64,000 nucleotides of DNA, taken from positions 512,001 to 576,000 of the forward strand of contig OZ220696.1 in assembly GCA_965116495.1 (NCBI GenBank), in the 5' to 3' direction. Positions 57,051 through 64,000 of the stretch are shown piece by piece (within the stretch, counting starts at the first letter, position 1; the number at the start of each line of letters is the position of its first letter). The stretch comes from Gammaproteobacteria bacterium (lineage in GTDB: Bacteria > Pseudomonadota > Gammaproteobacteria > Eutrophobiales > Eutrophobiaceae). The position numbers and the translations under genes are program-made. The notes beneath the pieces were generated by a model that was not told where the DNA came from, did no database searches, and worked only from the letters and a program-made list of their open reading frames with translations.

Positions 57051-59045
57051 TTAGAATTGAAACGTAAGCGACAGTTCTACAAAATCGGAATTATCAAGTA
57101 TACCAATCGGAGCATTTTCTCCACCGTTACCAGCAAAATGCATCCATTCAAGCCTTGGCCGCCAACTTTTACCGAAGAAATTAAAATCGATCCGTTGCCG
57201 ATAATAATGCCCCTTGTTGTCAAAGTCCCTGATATACAAACCTTCCAGTACCAGACGCTGTTGAAATAAAGGAGACTGCCAGAGGAAAGTAACGTATTGG
57301 TGATCCTTCGAGACCGTGTCAAAGGCATAAGGCGCCTGTTGCAGTAATCCTTTATTGGCATCAAAAGTGTGAATATTAAAGAATTGAAAACTGGTAAAGA
57401 CCGATTTCTCCTGTGTATCCCAGCCGGGCACCCACAGAGGATAGTCAAAACCGACCATGGTTGACAAGACGTCACTCCGGACTATCGTTTTATCTTCGGT
57501 TGCGGCCAGTGCCGGGCTGCCTGATTCATCCCTGTTATTCAGAGGTAGTGGTAGTACGCCTATCGGAGTATTCAGGTTTCCGATCGCCCCGGGGTTCAGG
57601 TGGCTGCGATTAAAATATTTATCGAATTCATAAGCAACTTCCAGGCGCATGGCCGGTGATGTTTGTTTTGGTCCGAACTTGAACTCGCTCATATCCCGGG
57701 CAAAGCTGAAACCAATCAGTTTTTGACGATGTTGATAATCAAGGTTAACGATACCATTAATCGAACAGGCCAGTCCGGCGCCTAGTCCCGGCTGTAACGG
57801 ATCAGCACAGCCGCCCATCGACAAGGTGGTTAACGGGCTTTCAACCAACGGGCCTACGCCGGCTATACCGCGGAGATAGGCAAGGTAACCACCGGTGGGG
57901 AGCACACCGCCGACGGAAGGTCCTAAAAAGCCGGGGGCGCCATGCACTACCGTTTCAACGTCAGTAGCCGCTAACGGCACTGTCGCAATAGATGCGTCAA
58001 TATTATTAAAACCGTTACCAACGATAAATGTGCCGCCTTCCAGGGTTACTGTCGGCAAGTCTTGCATACCGTAGAAACCGTTGACGGTAAACTGGCCTCC
58101 AAGAGAGTCAAATTTCAGGCGGGCCGAGTATTCCGCGTCATCAAAACCCCATTGGTCGGCTTCCTTGTCACGGATATCGAAGCCAAAACCTACGAAACCC
58201 GCTCCTGATACCGGGTCGATCGCGTCAGGGAAGGGCAGTCCGAAGATGCCTCCTGAGGAAGGATCACTGGGGTTTGGATTATTGACAACAAACTCGCTGT
58301 GTCTGACTTCCGGAACGATATTTACTTCAAGAACGGGTCGTCTCATTCCCAAGGCTTCAAAAGGCTTGGAAATCCCCAGTTTACGAAAGTTAAAATCGGC
58401 AGCAACCATAAATGCCGGAATTCGTAGTTCATCAGAATCCCGGAAGGCGAAGCGCTCACGTAAATCCTGTGCGTGCAGAACATCCATTAAACGCAACCCG
58501 TCAGACTGTCCCCAGCCGCGCTGAAACTTTCCGACTTTGATGGTAAAGCGATTTTTCCGGTCGCGGTATTTGAGTGACAACTCACGGATGATTTCATCGG
58601 CACTATCGAAATGGCGAATTCCTTTTGAAGATGCGCAAAAAGTATCCACAGTTGAATTAATGGCGGAGCCTGTGCAGTTATTCGTGTTCAGACGATAGGG
58701 CAAACGCCTGTTGAAATTGCTCAATGACCCCGGGGCAACATCGGTCGGATCATGCATGCCACTACTTCTTACGGTGTCAAGACCAGGAGCCCAGTCGCCA
58801 CGCAGCCAGAGATTCCCGATAAATGTCCATTGCCGGTTTGGCCTCCATGATGTTTTTACTTCAGCGAGGTAGTTGGTTGGACCATTAATCGTTCCCTGGT
58901 TCTCCAGGTCATAGAGTATTGACCCTCCCTGTTTTAAACGACCATTCAACGTCCAGTCCTTGCTCTTTAAATTAACCGCATACGATTGTCCTGTAATGAA
59001 AAACATCGCTGTAATAAGCAGTAATAATTTTAGAATTTGTTTCAT
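57051..59045 (-). CDS. DUF1302-like outer-membrane beta-barrel protein (AupA-like)
   Basis: Signal peptide; IIREL, KVGKFQRGWGQSDGLRLMDV, LRIP; terminal ..VELSLTFQF. Confidence 0.75.
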   Translation of the reverse strand: MKQILKLLLLITAMFFITGQSYAVNLKSKDWTLNGRLKQGGSILYDLENQGTINGPTNYLAEVKTSWRPNRQWTFIGNLWLRGDWAPGLDTVRSSGMHDPTDVAPGSLSNFNRRLPYRLNTNNCTGSAINSTVDTFCASSKGIRHFDSADEIIRELSLKYRDRKNRFTIKVGKFQRGWGQSDGLRLMDVLHAQDLRERFAFRDSDELRIPAFMVAADFNFRKLGISKPFEALGMRRPVLEVNIVPEVRHSEFVVNNPNPSDPSSGGIFGLPFPDAIDPVSGAGFVGFGFDIRDKEADQWGFDDAEYSARLKFDSLGGQFTVNGFYGMQDLPTVTLEGGTFIVGNGFNNIDASIATVPLAATDVETVVHGAPGFLGPSVGGVLPTGGYLAYLRGIAGVGPLVESPLTTLSMGGCADPLQPGLGAGLACSINGIVNLDYQHRQKLIGFSFARDMSEFKFGPKQTSPAMRLEVAYEFDKYFNRSHLNPGAIGNLNTPIGVLPLPLNNRDESGSPALAATEDKTIVRSDVLSTMVGFDYPLWVPGWDTQEKSVFTSFQFFNIHTFDANKGLLQQAPYAFDTVSKDHQYVTFLWQSPLFQQRLVLEGLYIRDFDNKGHYYRQRIDFNFFGKSWRPRLEWMHFAGNGGENAPIGILDNSDFVELSLTFQF

Positions 59046-59147
59046 GTTTTCGTCCCTCCTTATTACCAGTTATAGATAGATAGATTTTAAAAGCTGTTGA
59101 TTAATTCAATCTCAAATGTAGTTAACATGTGACATAAACCAGGGTGA

Positions 59148-61541
59148 TCATGTTTCAGCCAGCCCCGGGTTGGATTTCATTTCGGAATAGTCCTCATGCT
59201 GCGTATTTTGGAAATTGAGGTTAACTTCGTCAGCAGAAAATACTGCTTTTGGTTTAAATACGGATAAAGCTGCAGGGACAAATAACAATGACCCAAGCAT
59301 ATTCATGAACAAGACCAATCCAAGCAGCATTCCCATTTCAGCCTGAAATCGTAACGGTGACATGAAGGCCCAGGGTAATAGTGGTCCGATCATTGTGATC
59401 GCCGTTATGAATATCGCATTACCTGATGTAAGGAATGCATTATGGATTGCATCCGTAATACTGCCGGTCCCCTTACCGAATTCTTCCTTGATACGGTCCA
59501 TCATGTAAATCCCGTAATCCACACCCAGCCCCACCCCCAGTGCCGTCAATGGCAAAGTACTTACATTCAGCCCCACTCCCTTCCAGGCCATGAAAGCATA
59601 AGTTAACGAATTTGCTGTCGCCAGGCTGAGCAGCAATATCATCGCAACAATCAGGGAGCGGTAATAAACCAGGATGCAGAACCCGATTACAATTACAATA
59701 GCAACCATGATATGCAGGTTGGACTTCGTAATCTCTGCATTCAGAGCTTCAACAATACCGATCTGGCCGCCGGAATAAAGAAAGTCTGCATCACTTACCT
59801 GTTCGTGTTCCAATGTGAAGAAGTCATTCAATTTATTGGTTACTTTTTCAATAGTTACAACACTGTGGTCTTCGAGAAAAAATGACACGTTCCCGATTTC
59901 CCATTCAATATTGGTAAAGGCTGCAAAATCACCGGGTTCGCCCCGGGATCTGAACATATAGATATCAAAGCCGACCTCTTCCTTGGAATCAGGGATAATT
60001 TCATAAGAGGGATCACCTTCGAACAATACGGAATTCACAATTTTAATGATTGGCACCAGACTCTGTGCAGGACGAACTTCAGGGACGCGCTCGTAGATGT
60101 ATCGGTCCATGGCCTCGGTCTGGTGGTAAACGCTGGGTTCCAGCATAGTATCCTTATCACCTTCTATATAAACCTGCATCATGTCCGAGCCAAGGAAGGA
60201 GAAACGGGTATTGATAGATTCCGAATCCAGGTTAAAACGGGAGTCCGGCCAGAGTATTGCGCTGCCTTTGGTATCTCCCACTTTTAAATTTGTGGAATAT
60301 GACACCCCGATGAGAAGTAATATCATCGTTACCGCAAACATGATGTATTTATGGTCTTCCATATCGATTACGGTGGACCAGAGTTTATTGAGAAGAGCAG
60401 AACCGGTTTTATGGGATTTGGGAGGCTTGATTAAACACATCACGGAGGAGGCAAAGATCAAACTTGGTACTATGGACAATAGCCATATTCCGCATATCAA
60501 TGCCAGCCCTTTGATACTGGGTATGGCGACCAGGCCCAACACGCCGAAACCGGCTGCATCCGTCAGGATCGCAGCAGTACTGGGGCGTAACAGCCGGGCA
60601 AGGCCATCCCGCGTGCAGGTCCGACAATCCTGCGGTGGGGGATCTGAATTCTGTATATTATTAAGGATGCGGGTTGTTAATTGCACACCGTGCGATAGAA
60701 CAATGGCAAAGATGAACGCCGGCAACAATATCAGGAGCGGGTCCAGGTTATAACCTACGGCGCCCATGGCGCCCAGACCCCAGATGGTTGCCACCGATGC
60801 CGTGAACATGGGTACGAAAACCCCTACCCAGGTCCTGAAATACAGGTAAAGAACCAGTGCAACAATCAGCAAAGACATCATCAGTATCTTGAATATTGCA
60901 TCCAGGGACTGGTAAATGTAACCCAGTAAAATGGGTCGCCCGACGACATGAATGGACAAGGTATCGTCTTCCATGTCTGCACGTATCGTATTGAAGAAAC
61001 TCAATACTTCTTCAAAGTCCGCCTCATCCTTGAAGTCAGCGATGATCATTGCCGAACGTTCATCGTTTGATACCAGAAATCCCCGGTACTGGTTATTCAC
61101 CGCGCGCCGGAAATGCTGCATTTGCACTTCATCACGCGGCAGGTCTGGCCAGAGAATTGCGCTTACGTCAACCGCACCGCCACTCCCTGTTATGGCTTTC
61201 GTTTTGCGCAGAATTAACGATTGGCTCAGGTGACGGTAGGTGTCGGGATGGTAGAAAACATCTTCAGCAATTTTTTTGTATTTCTCCAAAAACTCAATGG
61301 AATAAATATTGCCTGTTTTATTTTTTACTTCAATGAGGGTAGTGTTGGCACCTCCAAACTGCGCGCCAAATCGCTTGAAGAGTTCTACATTATTTGCTCC
61401 CTCGGGCAACATTTCTTCCAGGACAACATTCAGGGACAAACCCTGGTAGGTATAATAGGCAGGTATTACTGTAATCAGGAGCAGGGCTGTAAATACCAGT
61501 TTTGCCCTGCTGGTGACAAATTCTGCCACACGCCCTGTCAT
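59148..61541 (-). CDS. RND/MMPL-family transporter
   Basis: 797 aa in two repeats with periplasmic loops; FGGAN, GVGLGVDYGIY, LRFQAEMG. Confidence 0.9.
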   Translation of the reverse strand: MTGRVAEFVTSRAKLVFTALLLITVIPAYYTYQGLSLNVVLEEMLPEGANNVELFKRFGAQFGGANTTLIEVKNKTGNIYSIEFLEKYKKIAEDVFYHPDTYRHLSQSLILRKTKAITGSGGAVDVSAILWPDLPRDEVQMQHFRRAVNNQYRGFLVSNDERSAMIIADFKDEADFEEVLSFFNTIRADMEDDTLSIHVVGRPILLGYIYQSLDAIFKILMMSLLIVALVLYLYFRTWVGVFVPMFTASVATIWGLGAMGAVGYNLDPLLILLPAFIFAIVLSHGVQLTTRILNNIQNSDPPPQDCRTCTRDGLARLLRPSTAAILTDAAGFGVLGLVAIPSIKGLALICGIWLLSIVPSLIFASSVMCLIKPPKSHKTGSALLNKLWSTVIDMEDHKYIMFAVTMILLLIGVSYSTNLKVGDTKGSAILWPDSRFNLDSESINTRFSFLGSDMMQVYIEGDKDTMLEPSVYHQTEAMDRYIYERVPEVRPAQSLVPIIKIVNSVLFEGDPSYEIIPDSKEEVGFDIYMFRSRGEPGDFAAFTNIEWEIGNVSFFLEDHSVVTIEKVTNKLNDFFTLEHEQVSDADFLYSGGQIGIVEALNAEITKSNLHIMVAIVIVIGFCILVYYRSLIVAMILLLSLATANSLTYAFMAWKGVGLNVSTLPLTALGVGLGVDYGIYMMDRIKEEFGKGTGSITDAIHNAFLTSGNAIFITAITMIGPLLPWAFMSPLRFQAEMGMLLGLVLFMNMLGSLLFVPAALSVFKPKAVFSADEVNLNFQNTQHEDYSEMKSNPGLAET

Positions 61542-62716
61542 GGCTGTCTACTCCAACGGCTGGTAAGCAGTCTCACGTCACCTATGTTCGCCAGGTTGAA
61601 TGCCTGGCCGAAGGTCATTTTATTCAGGTCTCCGGCCGCGACAAGCCCTCGTATTCCCGGCGCCCAGATGCGTCCCGCGGAAGTGACGGCTACCCCTCCC
61701 ATCCACACGAATGGAAGCGGAAAATCATTATCCGGCGTCAAAAAAGTAGTCGTGCTTCCGGTAATTTTCAACATGGCCGAACGGCCGACCACCACTGCCT
61801 CGTTGCTCGACGTCACCATGACATCAAAGAAATGCTCCATGGACCCTGAAGCTATCGGCTCTGAAAAGTATTCTATGTCACTTCTGGGCAGGTTCTCGGT
61901 TTCCTTCTTGACGTATTGCTGTTTTCTGCGTTTTGCCCGGGCTCGTGCTTTTGTCTCTGCCTTTGCCGCTTCGGCAGCGGCCTGGCGGTCAATCTCTTTA
62001 CGCTGTGCCTCCGTTGCAACTGACAAACGCAATATTTCGCCATCCAGACCCACGACGTATGCCATATCGTCGGCGCCATCCACAGCTAACCAGGTGATTT
62101 TTGACTCTACCGGCGTAATCAACCAATGTTTTCCGCTGTTTTCAGTGTGGGCAACTACACCGAATTCACCGACAAGGATCGCAGTATCCTGGTCTATGGT
62201 ATATATTCCATGTAACCGGGGAATATCACGACCCCGATAACCCAGAAGATGTTGCTGGCGCCAGGTGTTTCCGCCGTCGTTAGTATTCCAGATATTGGCA
62301 TCATGTCCGACGACCCAGCCATTATAATGGTCAGAAAAATCGACGTCACGCAGATAAATTCCAGGAAGTTCTTTTTGTACGGACCAGGTCAATCCTGCGT
62401 CATCTGTATGAAAAATTGATCCTCGGTGGCCGACAGCCCAACCTGTTTTTTCGTCAGCAAAGGACAGTCTGCGAATCAGTTCATTACGGCCTATATAGAG
62501 GGCGTCCCATTTATTGCCCCCATCCTGGGTACGTAATATTGTTCCGCTGTAACCGGCTATGTAGCCGACATTATCCGTAACAAACTCCACCGCAAACAAA
62601 TTATCAGGCCAGAAGCGATGGAATTCTGCTGCAATATTATCGTCGGCTTTAGTCGTGCCGCTGAAGCAGCCCAAAACCGTTATCAAAAAGGCAAGATGTC
62701 GACAACACCCCGGCAT
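61538..62716 (-). CDS. YCF48-related / BNR-repeat beta-propeller exported protein
   Basis: Repeated G.I..T.DGG..W (Asp-box) motifs and a signal peptide. Its stop overlaps the RND start. Confidence 0.88.
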   Translation of the reverse strand: MPGCCRHLAFLITVLGCFSGTTKADDNIAAEFHRFWPDNLFAVEFVTDNVGYIAGYSGTILRTQDGGNKWDALYIGRNELIRRLSFADEKTGWAVGHRGSIFHTDDAGLTWSVQKELPGIYLRDVDFSDHYNGWVVGHDANIWNTNDGGNTWRQQHLLGYRGRDIPRLHGIYTIDQDTAILVGEFGVVAHTENSGKHWLITPVESKITWLAVDGADDMAYVVGLDGEILRLSVATEAQRKEIDRQAAAEAAKAETKARARAKRRKQQYVKKETENLPRSDIEYFSEPIASGSMEHFFDVMVTSSNEAVVVGRSAMLKITGSTTTFLTPDNDFPLPFVWMGGVAVTSAGRIWAPGIRGLVAAGDLNKMTFGQAFNLANIGDVRLLTSRWSRQP

Positions 62717-62812
62717 GACTGAATTTACTCCCCCAATGATTTTTTTATTTTTTGCAACTATTAGAAGATCTATGAAGTTCGATATTAGATTGCTGCATTC
62801 GTGAAAAGATAC

Positions 62813-62828
62813 GCATTAATTATGCCAA
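62813..62828 (-). promoter_or_regulatory. Sigma54 (-24/-12) promoter for the YCF48-RND-DUF1302-DUF1329 operon
   Basis: Minus strand reads TTGGCATAATTAATGC, GG-N10-GC spacing, about 100 bp upstream of the first gene and divergent from a sigma54 activator. Confidence 0.72.
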
Positions 62829-63176
62829 CTCACCAAATATGATAACTCCTTGTATGTAAAGAGGAAAAAACAGGGGGTTTATATTTATGATGTAATGATA
62901 TGATCAGTATTTTTATTAAATCAACCATCATTTTAATCTATGCATCATATAATAGCCGAAAAATCGTTGTAAATTTAACAAAGTATGAAGCTTTTCTGGT
63001 CATAATAATGAGGCCGAGCATGAAAATCATAACGGATAGGCTATAATTTAGAGAACTGATTCTTATCATTTAATAAGATTTCCAAAGAAATATTACCTGC
63101 CTGTCCTGCTTATTGGGTAGTTTTATTTCTGACATATTGATGAAATGATAAAGAAAACTCTCTGAGCGGCGCTGAA

Positions 63177-64000
63177 ATGACACGATTAAAGGTAGATTTA
63201 CCTGCCGAGTCCGAACTTTATTCCTTATTATCATTTAGAGAAAATGATGGTCAAATTAATCTTGACCAATACCGAATGCTATTACTGCATACCGAAACAA
63301 TGGGTGTTTTGCGGAAGGAATTAGTCGAGTCGTTAGGCGTTGAGCGAGCGAGAGGGTTATTTACCAGGATGGGTTATGAATCAGGCCGCAATGACGCCAT
63401 TTTGGCAAAAAAACTGAAACCTAACGCTACGGATATCGAGTCATTTTCAATAGGCCCCCAATTGCATAAATTAGAGGGCATAGTAAAGGTAACACCGCTT
63501 AACGTGGAAATGGAACTCGGTGCCGGTAGTTTTTATGGGGAGTTTCTATGGGAGAACTCTTACGAGGCTCAGACACATATAAGCCGGTTTGGAATCGCAC
63601 AGGAGCCCGTATGCTGGATGCAGATTGGATATGCCAGTGGTTATACCAGTACATTCGTAGGCAAATTTATCCTTTATAAAGAGATGGATTGCGCCGGCTG
63701 TGGTAACAAGTTTTGCAGAATTGTAGGCAAACCTCTTGAGGATTGGGGAATTGATAAAGAGGAGTACCGTTATTTCAAGCCCGATAATGTTGCTGACCAG
63801 ATGTTACAACTACAGTCACAGGTGGAAAAGTTGCGTTTGTCAGTAGACCAGGCGTTTGAACTTGGCAATATAGTGGGTGATTCGGAAAGCCTCAGGGCAG
63901 TTTTTAGGTTAATTGAAAATGTTGCTGACAGCCAGGCAACTGTAATGCTCCTGGGAGAGACCGGCGTCGGTAAGGATTTATTCGCAAATGCCTTGCATAA
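63177..64000 (+). CDS. XylR/DmpR-family sigma54-dependent activator (3' end outside window; absent from the ORF track)
   Basis: MTRLKVDLP..DGQINLDQYRMLLLH..LRKELVESLGVERARGLFTRMGY (XylR_N), GPQLHKLEG, CWMQIGYASGYTS (V4R), Walker A GETGVGK. Confidence 0.93.
   Translation, partial: MTRLKVDLPAESELYSLLSFRENDGQINLDQYRMLLLHTETMGVLRKELVESLGVERARGLFTRMGYESGRNDAILAKKLKPNATDIESFSIGPQLHKLEGIVKVTPLNVEMELGAGSFYGEFLWENSYEAQTHISRFGIAQEPVCWMQIGYASGYTSTFVGKFILYKEMDCAGCGNKFCRIVGKPLEDWGIDKEEYRYFKPDNVADQMLQLQSQVEKLRLSVDQAFELGNIVGDSESLRAVFRLIENVADSQATVMLLGETGVGKDLFANALH

Noticed and set aside
61221-62240. 339-aa plus-strand ORF
   Set aside because: Antisense to the RND and YCF48 genes, with no protein-like motifs.

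Overview
A 64-kb stretch of a proteobacterial (probably gammaproteobacterial) chromosome made almost entirely of accessory catabolic genes. I found no rRNA, tRNA or CRISPR array. Main blocks: (1) 1-19.9 kb, two modules pairing a TonB-dependent receptor with an exported PQQ dehydrogenase and an exported cupin, plus an acyl-CoA ligase, SDR, MFS and vapBC. (2) 19.9-22.2 kb, a decayed toxin-antitoxin cluster containing a 320-bp CTAG-flanked MITE and a 159-bp IS3 remnant. (3) 22.3-31.3 kb, YghU, an NSS transporter with a Rieske alpha/beta pair, and a divergent TRAP(QM)-DUF1989-MFS-ureohydrolase operon. (4) 31.3-48.5 kb, an RTX-repeat protein, an orphan IorB-like molybdoenzyme, CoxDE/MoeA-like accessory genes, UbiD, a COG0523 GTPase, and an operon encoding a cyclic amidohydrolase, a C-N hydrolase, a CoxG-M-S-L type molybdenum hydroxylase (not CODH) and GntR. 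(5) 50-64 kb, a meta-cleavage hydrolase, an esterase, and a more AT-rich block. In that block a sigma54 promoter and a divergent XylR/DmpR-type activator sit upstream of a YCF48-RND-DUF1302-DUF1329 envelope module, followed by an aniline-dioxygenase-type Rieske alpha/beta pair and an AtdA1/TdnQ-type glutamine-synthetase-like ligase. This uptake-coupled aromatic-amine gamma-glutamylation unit is the best candidate for an undescribed system. Intergenic DNA is full of very short, telescoped gene relics (GntR, flavin oxidoreductases, SDR, soxB+soxA, relB+higB) and several palindromic repeat families. All family assignments come from motif recognition by eye; no database search was run.
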